A stretch of 64,000 bases of DNA from Priapulus caudatus. Its lineage: Eukaryota. Made by a program: the position numbers and the translations under genes. Below the pieces are notes generated by a model. That model did not search any database and was not told where the DNA came from. It saw only the letters and a program-made list of their open reading frames with translations. The stretch's first letter is position 1. Every line of letters begins with the position of its first letter. This document shows, piece after piece, positions 13,604 to 29,600 of the stretch. The DNA lies in NCBI RefSeq assembly GCF_000485595.1, contig NW_014577079.1:865457-929456 (forward strand). Direction: 5' to 3'.

Positions 13604-15252
13604 AGCAGTTCCTTCCACATAGATGCTAGTATTTGTAAGTACGTTAAGTTTACTCAACCGGTATTCTCTATCTAATGGCCGCTGCAGATGGCTAGTCGAA
13701 GCTGAACCTGCGGCAAGGTGCAGGAACTGTAATATCATGTCTTCGGTAATTTTTAAGATACGATCTTGACTATTTTATAATACATTCATGCCACAGCAGG
13801 GTGATGGGCAGTACTGCACCGTACGCCATTGTCTGCTACTCCTCTGCGTATGCTGCTTTCATTTTTGGCAAGTTTGTATATCTATAAATGGTTATCATGC
13901 AGTTTCTAATTTGATTATTTTCATTTCCAATGTACATTTTGTTAACCTTCAATAAATTGTATGAACATACTTGCTTGCACTTTTGCTTGCCATGATTTGG
14001 TCTGCTATAAACGGCATTTTCACTGTATTCGCCAATTATGGAATGTCAATTCGTCAAACCAATCGTTTGACACATACGCACGCACTCGTGCTCAAGTGCT
14101 CCTATTACAGGTGAATATGTGCGTGTAGTAAATTTCGGATGCAAAAGGTTTACACAAAATTGGTCGGCCATTTGGTGGTGGTTTTCCAATGTCCAGCATA
14201 TATGTCAAAAGAAATATTATTGTATATATCTCTTATTTAAAGTAGAGAGCACATATGCACGAGTCGTTTGACATTATATCTTCCTATCTCTATGTGCAAA
14301 TCTAATCCTCCCTGCCGACGACTGGTGCAGCGCTGAAATCTAGCTACAGGCTTATCTGTTTTCTTCTTCTAATAAAACTGTCCTCTTCCGTTGAAAACAA
14401 CGTTGAACAACACAACACTACCACACAACAGTACGTTGAACAACACACCAATACGTTGCCGTACAGTTTGGTTACAGTGATGGACCAAAACGCTTCCCAG
14501 GAACCTTAACTCTTTCCCCTCTCTTCTTCTAGCTTCTCCTCTTCCGCATATATCTATTATATATATATATATATATATAATATATAACACCCCGCCTTGC
14601 TTGTATATTCCCCATATACATGTTTCTACCAGATTAATAAACTTAACAAAACATGATTACGTGTAATGATAGATATGACGTATAGTATTGTATCTGTTTT
14701 CCCCGTGCGCACCCACAAGATGTACGAATCTAATTAAGTTTAAGGCTCACGTGGCAGTAATAATACAATTCAAAGACGAATTCTCTCGCTGTATATCTTT
14801 TAAGCTATAATACCTTATATAATAAAATACATCAAATTTACAATATATACAAGATGCTGCCTCGTGGACTCGCGCAGACAATGTACGTATACATACCTAG
14901 GCGCTTGTCTGATACGTGAACGTCGTTCCCTTATATATATGGACGCTGTGGCTTCGGGCCGTCACGAGTCGTACTGTCTAGGTTCGTGACACACATCCTA
15001 TCTTAGAATTTCGGCGATTGCGTCTCGGTAAGGGTTTCAACCACAAAATGTTCGGCAAAAAGCATCCAAAGTAGACACGTGTTCATATTCAAGGGTGGTT
15101 AGCACAAATAACACCTTGCCTGCTCACATGGGATATGTGGATACGGAATTATATATATAACTATATACAGGGCCGTAGGCTGAGCAAATTCCTAGGAGGG
15201 CTGTGGCGGATCCAGGATTTCTAGGAAGGGGTGAGAAACAGTNNNNNNNNNN

Positions 15253-15770
15253 CACACGCGTGTATCTGCGTGTACGTGCGTGTATCTGCGTGTACGTGCG
15301 TATACCCGCGTGTGCGTGCGTGCACACGCGTGTACCTGCGTGTACGTGCGTGTATCTGCGTGTACGTGCGTATACCCGCGTGTGCGTGCGTGCACACGCG
15401 TGTACCTGCGTGTACGTGCGTGTACCTGCGTGCACGTACGTGTACCCGCGTGTACGTGCGTGTATCTGCGTGTACGTGCGTGTACCCGCGTGTACGTGCG
15501 TGTACGTGCGTGTACCCGCGTATACGTGCGTGTACCCGCGTGTACGTGCGTGTATCTGCGTGTACGTGCGTGTACCCGCGTGTACGGGCGGGTACGTGCG
15601 TGCACGTGCGTGTATCCGCGTGTACGTGCGTGTGCCCGCGTGTACGTGCGTGTACCCGCGTGTACGTGCGTGTATCTGCGTGTACGTGCGTGTACCCGCG
15701 TGTACGTGCGTGTACGTGCGTGTACCTGCGTGTACGTGCGTGTACCCGCGTGTACGTGCGTGTACCCCCC
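15253..15770. repeat. 10-bp tandem repeat (GTGTACGTGC/GTGTACCCGC variants)
   Basis: Visible array; explains the overlapping repetitive ORFs. Confidence 0.95.
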
Positions 15771-16858
15771 CTGTGCGTGCCTGCCTGAGCAGCCATTGTT
15801 TACAAAATTGCCTAGCTTAGCCTCGTTTTCGTGCGATGACCCCCAGGTCATGAATAATAATTGAGAATGGTCTATACCCCTAACTTCGTTGGCGGGGGTA
15901 TAATTACTGTCATCTTCATTCATGACCGAATTATCAGGTGGCTAGGAATAAATATGTATCTAAAATTATAAACGTTAGGCAAGACACTACATTTTTAGGT
16001 AACTGTCTTTATTGGATGTAATCAGCAGCAATGTATCCAACAAGGGAATTACTCAAGGGAACTCTTGTTATTACCCTGCCTGTGAAAAGATAGCTCTACG
16101 ATTTGTTTAAAAGCAAAAATATATATAAATTTATAACCTAAATTAGCTGAAAATAACCCTAGAACCTAGAGGCTACTGTTCCTTTAAGCAAGAAATTTAA
16201 TTGAAAGCACCGTCATTAACTAATTGAATAACATGTGCAACCCTGCTGGTCCCAACTGTTTACTGTTAGAAATAGTACTGCCTACCAAAGAGCAGGAGAC
16301 GAACCAACATATTATTATACTGGAATAATTCCTTGTCCCTTGTTTGTTAATTTCCTTGTTGAACGGACTTTTGCTATCACACAGTAGTCAAACATACGGA
16401 ATAGGAAAGTCGCCGAAGTGACTCGATAATTAATTAAGACACATCTTGCATACATCTATACGGCGTTTGAATATTCCAGTCAATTGCTGAACCAATTGAT
16501 ATTAATGCTGTGACACAAAGGGAATCGATCAAATTAATTACACAACATCAGCGTGATTAAAATTACTCAAACAGCTTAATGACTCCAGGTCATTAGTCTT
16601 TATATCGTTAGCCTCCAAGTCTTTACAATAAATATAACAATAGCTAGGATAATGACAAGTATACATGCCTTTTTAACGGAATGGATAAATAACTGGGGGC
16701 AAAAAATACACATTTAGAGAGAAATGCCCGTTAAATAAATCGCAGTGGCTAGTAGTGGCTACGCGTCCGTAACCGGTCGCCTAGCCTCCAGGCTACGCAT
16801 CCGGACATCCACTCACAGTGATCGCGCGACTCGCGTACACGCATGATTGCGAAACGGG

Positions 16859-17225
<367 letters not shown>

Positions 17226-19903
17226 TTCCTCCTCTGCTCTTTTTTGCTCATACGTGTATTGTTTATGTCGTCAGTATTTACACGTATAATAGGCAGGTGC
17301 GTACATGCGCGTGCAGGGGCGAACCCAGGGGAGGTGCCAGGAAACCATTTTCTAGCTAAAAACGGGGGTTTTCCAGTATGTGCCTAAAAATCTCACCAAC
17401 TGAAATAGAAGAATCCGTTATAGAATATGAAGTATTGTAAAATAGAAAATTCATACTAAATATCTATTGAATCGCAACCGTATTCTTGCATCTGCCCCTG
17501 CTTCTTAATTCGTATGTACTGACTCTACTAGATTGCCACATAGCTGGCATAAGAAATATCACATGGTTGCTCGCCGTAAAAGGTCATTGATAAAATCAGC
17601 CAACTAAAGATGAATCGTTGAATATAAATTTATTGATGAAAAAGCTGCATCAAGGCACCTACGCATGAGTGAGGCTAAAATTTTAGTCTTCGCATAGTTA
17701 TCAGGGTTATTGTAAGCCATATCTCATCCATTTATACACTTGTCTGACGTGACCTTGCTGAGGCTTCAATATCATATAACTTTTTGTCTGAAATACCTGA
17801 CACTCAAAGACGTTAATGTAGTCATAGACATTGTATCTTGATTGTATGCATGACAGATAAACCGCTACATGCTAAACACAACAAGCGTGCACAGAACAAG
17901 TTGCAAGTTATCATAGACCTGACAAGAGTTACATGATAAACACAGTGATACGATTTAGAACGTGTAATGATTATTCTATCTGTTGACATCACACTGCACA
18001 CGTAATACCGGGAACTAACACAAGCAACTACAGAAAACCAACCACACCTCAACTGGTGTTACATTTTGTTAACGTTATGCTGCGAACCTCATAGCCACAA
18101 CAGTAAAAATGTCACAAAGGAGTAAATAAAAAGGTCAAGCCAAGTCGCCGGACGTACATCACTATAACACCAACTCAATTACTGACTTATTATGTATATG
18201 GAACCCCGTCAGAATGCGATAATTGGGATCCGAAAATTCGACAGCGTAAAATTCGTTATAGTCGGGTAGTTTTCTTGATAACTTAAAATTTTAATTGATT
18301 CTAAACAGATTAATTTTCATGATAACGTCAGGTATACTAGTCTCGCTTGTAACTAATAAAGGAATCAAACGAATGCGATTACATATAATCTATGTACAGT
18401 GACAATCAAAAGGTCGCAGAAACTTGCAAAATGATATCGAAAAGTGTGAACAGCTATACAAATACACTGTACAATGGTTACCTTAACACTAATGTACGTT
18501 ACTGTCCTCAAGTGAGATCGCCCATGTTCAAACATGGTTGCATACTTACAGCCAAATTTCCCTTCATCACTACAAGCAGGACATACAGCGCTTTCAAGGT
18601 GGTGAGGCAAATATACTACAAACTATAACGCGTGCACAAGATGAAATACGAGACATACACTAGATAAACACACTGTTAATATAATTATGGAATAATCATA
18701 ATAGGTGTATGACTAATAAAATAGTAATGATCCAATAATCTGGTGACAAATCTGGTTTAATTACTATAGGTATACTGACGGTACGTCTATATAGGAATTT
18801 TTCTAATACTGAAAACGGGCATTCCGTTCTGATTTTAATTATTTTTATCACACACGTACGCACGCATACGCATTTTTATGTCGCATCAACAAATTAGTTT
18901 TCGACTTTAATTTGCGTCCCAGTAAACGTAAAAATACATACGACAATAGAAAAATACCTTTCAAAATATACTGATTTGATATATTCATCATATTCATTTG
19001 TAAGCCCGGGAGTGATTACAAACCAGAAATAGTAGAAACAGATAAACTAGATGTAATTTACCTATTTTTGGTAATGGAGATTATAGACATTTCATCCATC
19101 AGGTTTCCAAGAGCATGAGCAAATCTATATATGCGTAATAATATGTTCAGTTTACATCATATAAAGCGAATTTCAAACTAGAACTTAGTTAAATATGAGC
19201 TTTGCAACATGCTAGTCAATGTTTCATATCATAGATTACAAAGCATCGCACGCCAACTGTGTTATTGCCATCACTGCAATCAAACGACTCAACCTTTAAT
19301 TTAAAAAAAGGTTAAATTTACCGGTTTAATAGAAACAAGCCAAACCATTGCAAGAAAAGAAGAAAAACCACGGACTCGTTTCGCTAAAGTAAAAAATATA
19401 GTGGGGACGCAAGGGACTTCATATAAATTATTCGTGAAACAGCTCAATAGCAGTTGTATAGAGACATGGAAACTAAAAATATGTCAGCGATACTACATGG
19501 GTCGTTTCATTATGAAATGTCTATATATGGTATTATAAACCTTATTTCATCTTACATCCTATATATGATGGCCACATAGACATGAACGCACCGGACTGCT
19601 CTATATACTTTACATCTTCATATATTGCTATCTGCAGACAGCACCGCTTCTTGAAATTCAACACGAAAACATCTCCGTTTTTCGATATAAACGTGACAAT
19701 TAATACTCCAACACCTTGCAATACACGCAAAAAAACGCAAACACGTAATTGCTAGCTTACACTGTTTGGGACAAACCTCTGGATGAGATGCACGTATAAT
19801 CTAAAGTATGACGTAAACTTTAGCAGCGGTAAAGTCCTAATGATGAATATCCACCCTACGCGCCCTAGCTACTATACCGCAGTATATATCCTAGCAAGAT
19901 TAA

Positions 19904-20382
19904 AGCCGCACAATGCGCATCCAAACGCTAATTTCTCCAGTACTAGACTAGCAAATACTTCGTGTCATGCATAATCATACTACCTTATGGCAAAATAAAC
20001 TCTAGTTCCTCCCATTTCACTGCGCGTTGTCTTATAAAAGGTATTTTGAAAATACCTCCAATGTTGTTGAAATTCTTCGATGTTGTGTACAGTTTCCCCA
20101 ATCTCCAAGCAACCGTGCAGCGGTGCCGCGGTACAGCGGTACGGGCGCAGCAAAGATAAAAACATGTGACGTCACGTCACCACTTCGATGTTATGTTGTT
20201 TGAAACAATTTAGCGTTGGCGCCTGATTACCTGATTTCGCACCTCTTTCTTGTTGGGAACGCGCAGTCAAATGGGAGGAACTAGAGTTTATTTTGTCATA
20301 AGGTAGTGTGATTATGCATGACACGAAGTATTTGCTAGTCTAGTACTGGAGAAATTAGCGTTTGGATGCGCATTGTGCGGCT
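19904..20382. mobile_element. TTAA-flanked MITE with ~125-bp TIRs (Kolobok-like AG...CT ends)
   Basis: ttaa|agccgcacaatgcgcatcc ... ggatgcgcattgtgcggct|ttaa; near-perfect arms. Confidence 0.85.
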
Positions 20383-23300
20383 TTAACTGACCAAAATCTA
20401 TACACACAACACGCTCGCCACCACAAAATTGTACTTCATTTTGAATATTGAACAGCATTTCAATAATAGCTTCGATGAGTATGGACACAAATATCTAACT
20501 GATAGTACACAGATCATTTACGTATCAAGCGGTTATTGATTAAGCCAATTTATTCATCAATAAATCTATTACCGGAATTTGTCGAATCTGATTTAAACCA
20601 TTTCTACGCTACACCTAGTTCCCGTAAAAACTAGCTATTTAAACTAGAAAACATATATCCTAACGAAACAACTAACGTACACAATACCAGGTTTTTCTCA
20701 CCGTATTCTTGAGTTACCGGGATCAGAACTTCTTGGTCTTACATTAAACAATACTTTAACAAAAAACAATGTTAGACGTTATAGTATAGTTTTTGTTGCT
20801 ACGAGAAAACTCTAGAGTCTTACTATAATATGGATCTAGTTTAAATATATGTATATACTCCTCGCACATATAATCTCCCATGAGGAAAAGAGAAGTATTA
20901 ATTTAAACACTGCCAATGGTAGGACATAACGATACCCCTCCCGCCCTCGTAATGGGAAACACTGCGAGAATATAAGACGCAGACATGCCAACGTCTGGCG
21001 TCTGGTGTTCAGCACCATTACCTTACTGCCCATCACTATTATCAAAGGTATAGGGGGTACACTTAGTGGAATCTGGCTTAGTAAGTGACGCCAGCTTGCT
21101 AGCTGTGGGCACCTGCAGCGTATGCTTACCAACCCTAAGGTGCACACAGTCAGTAAGGAATTATAGGTAACGATCAACATCAATAGTCTCATATCCATAT
21201 TAAAATCCGACACTATCTATGCCACTTATACGTTAGTGCACTAATGCAAGTGACAATACACCACTCTTACTTCCCGAGGCAGTCAATATAAAAATTGCTA
21301 CCAAAACCACTTAGGAAAGGTAAATACGGGTAAGAGTAATCATTCGCAAAATCGAGACTTTATAATTACGTACCGGTACCTTAACAATCACTGCCATTTT
21401 ATGTTTAAAAAATGTCATCCTACTAAGCCTCTAATAAAGTATATTTACATTCACTGGGTACTACGCCCACAAACGTTTAGTGACCTCTGATGGGAGAGAT
21501 GTTGTGGTAATTAAAGCATTCGGTGGGAGGGATCATCTGAGATCTGTTATAGAGCATGAGCTTATCGCTGAATCTATGAAGACAAAAATATGGGCCATGC
21601 GCACGCACGCACGCACGCACGCACACCTGCACGCACGCATGCACACACGATTTATGTTACACAATCAAGCTCTGACAAGAAATATAGCAGGGTTGGTTAA
21701 TTCTGAGCAGCGTTCTCTTATATAGTGGAATAATGGTCACCAGATTTCATATGATCGTATAAAACAATTTAATTTCGACCGATTCAATTTTAATGCAGAT
21801 CTATAGAAAATATTGACCATAGTGATAGTTGTCAAAAATGTCCTTCCAGTAAATATTTTCGTCTACTTAGTCAAGGTATCTATCTGTAGACGTAGACTCA
21901 TTTACTTTGTAATAACCTGATAATGCTTAAAATGCTCAACATTATTATGACAGTCGACACATTACTAATTGGCCTTGAACTTGACAACATAAATTGTGTG
22001 GGTAGACGTGATATTGAATGAAACCTCCTATCCACACTAACCTAAAGCCACAGACCATACCACTGAACCTTTCTCATTACGTTTACTCCAACAATTTCAG
22101 ACGACGGACTCCGATCAAAGTTGAACGGATACACTCGATCACCATCGATAGCTATACTCATGATTGAGCTGGCTGTGGTCACGTGCACGTGCTATTATAT
22201 ACATACTAGTATATCGTACGTTACAACGGCACATATAATATATAATATGATACAACGTTCTATTCAAAGCAGGTGGGCTTCAAAACTGCATACAAGGGCC
22301 AATTATGCTCAAACATCAAAACAATGCTGTCTAGACTCTGATATTATAATGGATATCTTAATAACATCAAGTATACATCAGCTTTTGCAGCAAACTGTGG
22401 GCAAAAAAGTAATGTTAATAAAGCTACATTCAAACTCTACTTAAAACCTAAATTATGGTAGTGGTGACTTTGCAGGGTAGGCCTATATAAATACATGTAC
22501 TTACGTGTACAAAATTTCACCTCAACTATTGAAAAACTTAACAAATAAAAAATATTACCATTTTATACAAAACTCTAAAAATTTAGATATTGATCAACTT
22601 ACACAAACAATTGCATAAATTTGGTAAACATCAAATTCAAAAATAACAAAATAATAAGACCTCCTTCAAATGAAGGATACACACAATTCTTCACCCTATA
22701 ACCTAACCATTACGATGTATCAAGATGTATAAATCTAGTGCTCCTAGCCACACTTACGTTTAAAACCTACTGAATCCAATTATATAAAAATGACCCTATG
22801 ACCTAATATCAATGTAATACAGCAGAAACTTGACATTTACATTAAATGATGCCTAATATTTCGAAAAATCAGAGACCATGTCCAAATTATCTCAAATGTG
22901 CATAAACATAGATTGGCAATTATCTATATGAAGACGGTCTGGGTAATTTATTATATTTTCTTGGGAGAGAAACCTATTGTTAGCACGTAAATACAGTTGT
23001 AAACATAAGCATCAAATTATGTGTTGTATTCATATCAGAATCTGCATATATAATCTGTACATACTGGCGTTTTCTGTCCAGCAATAGTAATGCATAATTG
23101 CATTAATTCACACAAATGAAATAAAAGCCAAATCTTCATTGGCTCATACCAAAAAAACGACAAGGAGATTGAAATTAAAATTTCTGCACCATACAATATT
23201 ATGGATCATGATCCATTCATGCCACAATACTACATGTAAACTGTGAGAGTTATGTAGGCACACTCCATCCTCAGTGAGCAGTCTAAAAATTCAGAAACTA

Positions 23301-23690
23301 ATCAACAACCTAATAATAAGATCCAATTCATGATTAGCAAATTTGATCTCTTTGGGTTAATTTCAGTGCCTCACACTACTACAGATTACATGAAATATTG
23401 AATACCACACAGAAGGTGGCGGTTTAGACTCAATTCTACACGGCATATTCCAAATAGACACAGATGTTTCCACCGTTTTATGCCTCATGTTGAAAGGTGG
23501 AATAAGGAGCAGCTGTAAATGTCTTCGTAAGAACTGTGTCACTATTCAATGCACCGGGGGTCTGTCAACCTATCTTGGGTTCGGTCAGCATACAATACCT
23601 CCACATCGTGGATGAAGGCGCCACAGTAGCATTCCTCGGTCTCGTACAACACCAAGCTGTCTCTCCGTGCACTTCTTTTCATGCCAGAAA

Positions 23691-26600
23691 TCATGCATCC
23701 AAGTTCTGTTAAGATAGAATAAAAAAAATCTATGCACAAATTAACAAATCCTTACCACTTTCGACGCATTTGCAGGTGCCAGTCCATGTCTCTTCACCTC
23801 AGCTGAGAAGGTCTGTATGCCCCTTAGGAGTCTCAATATTTGTGCATTAGTATTATTTGATTTGTTGATTATTTATGAATAGATATGGCTGCACCTGCTA
23901 ATGAGCCTTAGCTTTATTTTGTAATTCCCAATCACTGACTTCATTGTATCACGTTTTTTTTGTTTGTTTTTTGTTTTTGTTACTCATTAGAGGCTTAACC
24001 TCATGAGTCCGGGGAATCCGACCACCTGTAGTGGTCGCGAATCCACCGTTTGAATGTCAAACATTCTCGCTGTTTATTCAATTGGTTTCAAAAACTGATG
24101 GTTTCACTGACTTGATTGTGTCACGTTGGTCAGGTGTCTTAGTGGATGATTTTTTCCCCTTTGCTGAGGGCCTGTGAAAAGTTATTTAATGAAAGGAACC
24201 ATGTTTGTTCCCAAGTAACCACAAGCATATAATTGTTATTTAATGTTGACCCCCCTAAACACTCACAGAAACCCTTGTTACAATCTTTCTGAGTCATGAA
24301 CGTAACGATAAAATGACGATGATAACTTCATAATAATGTGACCATCACTCATCAATTTATCCTCCCAGAAATATAAAGTCGAGATAAATTCATTACATTT
24401 ACTGAAGTGACAGGTTTGCAGGGGTAGAAATTAACTTTTAAACAAGGGAGTCCAACTTCCGCGAGGCCATGCTCTAGAACGAACTAGTTAGTATAGCAGA
24501 ATTTTCAGGGAGTCACACTGACTCCTGCATATGTCAAATCAGAGAGTCCGACAGTAAATCAGAGAGTATTTGACTCCGGACTCGCGTTAATTTCGCACCC
24601 TGGGTTTGATAGCCAATCTATTGTCATAATACACCCCGTCAAATAAAAATATATCAGCTGTCGAAAGTGTCGCCTTAGTAATTACCTCCGCCAGGGGCTT
24701 GGCGGAGGTTATGTTTTCACCGGCGTGTGTTTGAGTGTTGGTTTGTGGGTTTGTGAACATGCACGTTTCAGTTCACTTCCGCTAGGTGCGCTGGCTGTAG
24801 ACTTACAAACACGCAATCACAGGCTAAGGGGCAACCACAGTCCTCCCCCACCTGCACGCTCGCACTCAGCGAATATCTATCTATCAATCTATAGGTTTGT
24901 TTGTGTACACCCTAACTGAAAAAGTTATGGATGGATTGTCATAAAATTTTCAGGATAGGTCAGAAATGGGCTAACTTGGAATTGATGAGATTTTGGTGGT
25001 GATCCGGATCCAATTAATTAATTAATTAATTAATAACATTTTCAGGATAGGTCAGAAATGGGGTAACTTAGAATTGATTACATTTTGGTGGTGATCCGGA
25101 TCCAATTAATTATTTAATTAATTAATAAAAAATTTTCACAGTGACAGAGCTGCCTTGGCGGAGGTCTGTGCTCTGCTCTAGTTACAGTTTATATTCAACA
25201 TGAAATTAAACTGCTCCAAGGTGATTGCAGGAAGGACTTCCCGGAGAGGGGGAGGGGCAATACGCGCCCCTAAATGAGCAGCAGATAAGCAGGTGTCATA
25301 CTCACAAGTGATGTCGATCGTTTGCGCTTCCAGCAGTCCGGATGCATCTTGCGATGCTCATCGGCGAGCAGCCTGGCTTCCTGTGTGAACAACCTTCTCT
25401 CTTCTATTCTCAGCTTCCGCCACTTATCGCCCAGCAGCACGCTGATGGCCCTGTGCAACAACGAGACATAACATCATATATTACGTAAGTAATATTATGT
25501 ATCTTCCGGGGGCAGATGGGGCTCCAGTCGATGACAAAGCCGTGATGAAGGCAACTCGCCTAGGAGAAGGATAACTCCGAAATTAAACATGGGTAGTTGG
25601 AACTCGTAAGCCTAGATGGTAGTCCAGTTAGTGATGGTGTCACGATGAAAATACCCGGCCTGGACCACGGCGAACCTGGACTAGTACAGCCCTGTAAGGA
25701 ACAAAATGTTCCCGACTCATGGAAGCAGCATCATGCCCACCTTGGTCGACGAAAATAAAAATAAAATAAATAATATTATGTAACATGTATAATGACTATA
25801 CCTTATTACACTGTAGCGAGACGACGCAACTGGTGCAAAAAGGATGTAAACAGTATACAGTCCAACCTGTATACAACAGCCACACATAAAAAGGTGGTTT
25901 TTACAGAGAGGAGGCCTTTCTGCAGAAGCTGTTTCACTGCATAACTGTGACCCAAAGGAAACGCCAAAAGTGGCCGTCATGGACAGCAGCTGTTCTATAG
26001 AGGTGGTTGCTTTTTGCCTATTTACAAATGCTGGGAATCATATGCTTGGTATACCTGCAGGGGGTCAAAACAGAATGTGGAGTCAAATAGTCTAAAGGAG
26101 AATCAAACTTTAATTTTGATAGCCCATCTTGAAATCTAAAGCCATGATTTACTGCCTGTGAACGCTGAACATAAATTTAAACAAAATTGTGGTAGTTACT
26201 AGTATGCTGAGCGCTGCTACATTACAAGCGGCCACTGTCATCACACTGCGAAGAAATCAATAGCTTCATCACTGTCGATAATAACTTCGTCATACCTTTA
26301 TGCGAGCTACACCATCTCTTAGTACTTGCAGTTCGTAACTTGATAGCCTGCAAGGCTAGCATACACTGAAGGTTGATAGGGCGAGGCAAAAGCTAGGTAC
26401 CCTTGGGGCAGTGGGTTAGTACTAATTTTTACACATTGACCTATTGTTTCTACCTGGATGCTTCTGTGTATATTCGAGCCAGTATTGCATGGTAAACAGC
26501 ATGAACTACATATAGAGGTACCGGGAACCCAGTAATGCTTACGTTGAGGCTGTGCTACTGTTAATAGTGCATCATGTGTTTGTGGGCGTACGTACCTGTT

Positions 26601-29600
26601 GTCTCTGCCTGGATGCTGCTGGGTGTACTCGAGCCGGTAACGCTTGGCGAAGAGCATGAACGCATTCATCGGTCGCTTGACGCGCGTCAGCGTCGGTTCG
26701 CTCTTGTGTCTCATGCGCGACTTGCTTGACGGCACCGGCTTCATCGGGGCAACCTCCAACAGGTCGCGCTTTTGCTGCACGAAACAAATGAGCGTGCGTT
26801 TAGACCAACACGTGCTCTTACATCAACACGTGCTCTTACATCAACACGTGCTCTTACATACAGTGACTATATCTCACCTTACGTGGTACCACAGGTTTTC
26901 TTTTGACAAAATATGTGTGATTACAATGAGGATTGTATGATTTGGTTTTAAAATTTATGGCAAGATTGATGCATTCGTTCTATTCGACGTAAACAATCAT
27001 ATAGATCATGTTTATGCATAGCGAAACCATAGCAGATATTCATGTGAGCACCAATGCTTAGATTATTTTAGAAAAAAGAGGATTAGCATTAGAGGGTGAT
27101 AGTATGTAGTACTGTGATAACATGTAGCGAAAGAGATACTTACCCTGGCCATACTGCTGAGCATAAACACAGCCGTGGAATCCTCTGGAGTCAAGTCATA
27201 GCTGAAAATAAAATGCAGAGAATTGGAATATATTAATATACATCTAGTGTCATTTAACATCAGCTACACACATCAACTCAAATTTCCCCACGTTTGAGGA
27301 GCAATTTGTACGGATTTTTTACTACATAAACCAACAAAACCACTCAAAATCTGACAAATCCATACAGATTTGACCAAGTTCCTTGCAGAAAGTGTTGTAT
27401 ACCTAAAACCTACTACAAGATGTACCCGTGTCTAGAAAATATTTTTGTACAGATAAGCAGTATTGTATATTATATGGTCATTTACTAAAAATATACATGA
27501 TGTATGAGGATGAAGATACATGTACAAAGGAAATGGGAAAAATAGTTGCCTGGGATAGAGACAATAAAGAAGTTCAGTAGTGTACTCATATTCTTATTAT
27601 TATTAAATATTGTTATTATTATTATTCCCTACAGAGGGCAATACCCTACACATATACATACACACCGCATGAGTATCCATTATTGGTGTTTTCCATTTGT
27701 TTGAATTTTATGATAATTATGTATATGTGTGTAGGCCTGTGTGCGTGCGTATGTAGATTTGTTTCGCAAACTCTGCTGAATTGATTCCAGGCCAACTATA
27801 AAACAGTATTTATACAATATTCATTACGCTACACATACTTGCGTAAACATTCATATGCCTCTGTAGTGAAACTGGCCTCTGGATGGTTCGGAGGCAAGCA
27901 AACATCCCCCACCTCCATCTCTCTACAGGGGATGCCATAGTACTCCATCGTCAGTGCAGGGCAGAATGAGGACCAACCTGATGACAAGTAAAACAACAGC
28001 AACCTGTATGAAAACAACTTTGCCATTCACATGCTTGCAAAAACATTTTGCATGTAATATTCACTCAAAATCTTCAGTTCCCTTTTATTAATTTTTTTAA
28101 CAGATATATGCAAGACATCTCAGGAACTTGTTATCAACAGTAATATACTACATAGACCACTCTTGTAACGAATTTTGTAGAACAGGCCATATCATAAGCA
28201 CATAATACAGTTGGATTGTCTATCAAATGCAATCAATCCATTTAATAATTTTTTAACCAGTATTATTGAGTAACCAATCGTGAAATTGCTGTCTACAAAC
28301 ACTGATGATCATTTTATGGTGCATGAAGCTATGTAGCCATGTATACATATAACTGTCATTTTTGAAACAGCTTGCCTCTGACCAGCAAAATTTCGCAATG
28401 CTAAATCCAGGTTTTCCCACATTTTTAGCTCACCTTGACATCGTCAAGATGAGCTATTGCCATGGGGTGTCGTCTGTCGTACGTCCGTCCGTCCATCAAC
28501 ATTTGGCTACGGTCAACGATAACTCAGGAACCATTTGACCCACATGTTTCAAATTGCACATAGTTGTTACTCCTATGGGAGAGGTTTGAACGTCCTATTT
28601 TGGAGCACGCCAGTCGACCTACTTTCGAGCCACGTCCACTTTTTCGCAAAAATGGAAATGGCCATAAGTCAGTTAAGGTTCAACGGATTTTGCTCATTTC
28701 TGGTATGTGAATGAATAAGGACTGGCCCCAAAACATATCACACAGGTTTTGATTTTTTTTTTTAATTATGCAAATTAGGTAGATTTCGGCAATTCCCCTT
28801 TGCATTTCAGTGTCTGCCTACGGTCAACGATAACTCAAGAACTGTTTGACCCACATGTTTCAAATTGCATACAGTTGTTACTCCTATGGGAGAGGTTTGA
28901 ACGTCCTATTTTGGTTTTTTAATTATGCAAATTAGGTAAATTTTGGCAATTTCACTATGCATTTCAGTGTCTGCCTATGGGTCAACGCCATCAGATTGTA
29001 TGCCAACAGATCTGAAACATTTATTTTCGCATCCAAAATTACTCATATATCATAATTATCAAGAGTATATAATGGGAGATATGCTATATAATGGGAGTTC
29101 TCCCATATATACTCTTGCTTTATATATCCCCCCTCCCTCTTCTATCACACCCAAGGTGAGCTACAGTGTCATTGACACTTCCATTTTTCTTTACTTTTGA
29201 CTCAAGTTTAGATTGTAGTTTACATTTCTCACAAAATTCAATTGATCATTGTTTTAATATCGTACATATGCCAAGGTTAACAAGAAGACCAAGTACAACA
29301 ATCGAACACCAAGATTCACCATGAGTTCGCTTAACAAACATGCATCATACCCCTGTCCCGTACGAAGAAAGGATGGTCAAGCGGGCAGTTGGCAATGAGG
29401 CTAGGCTGACCAGGGGGATCTGGAGTGAATGTTAAATTCATCGCTGCATTGCTAGCCTGCGAAAGTCGCAACTCTTCCATTTGGACCAATCGCAGTCCTT
29501 CTGGTGCATAGCTGTAATACAACAGAATACATCAGAAGATTGGAATTTAAGAATTATAATAGGAATTATCTGTAGATATTTCGGACGAAAGATTCTATAT

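Noticed and set aside
15124..15923. Overlapping long ORFs on both strands
   Set aside because: Artefacts of a stop-free 10-bp tandem repeat.
20836..21213. 125-aa minus-strand ORF
   Set aside because: No recognisable motif or exon structure; probably UTR or intergenic.
26807..26858. Triple E-box (CACGTG) cluster as an enhancer
   Set aside because: Simply an 18-bp unit repeated three times near an acceptor; no independent support.
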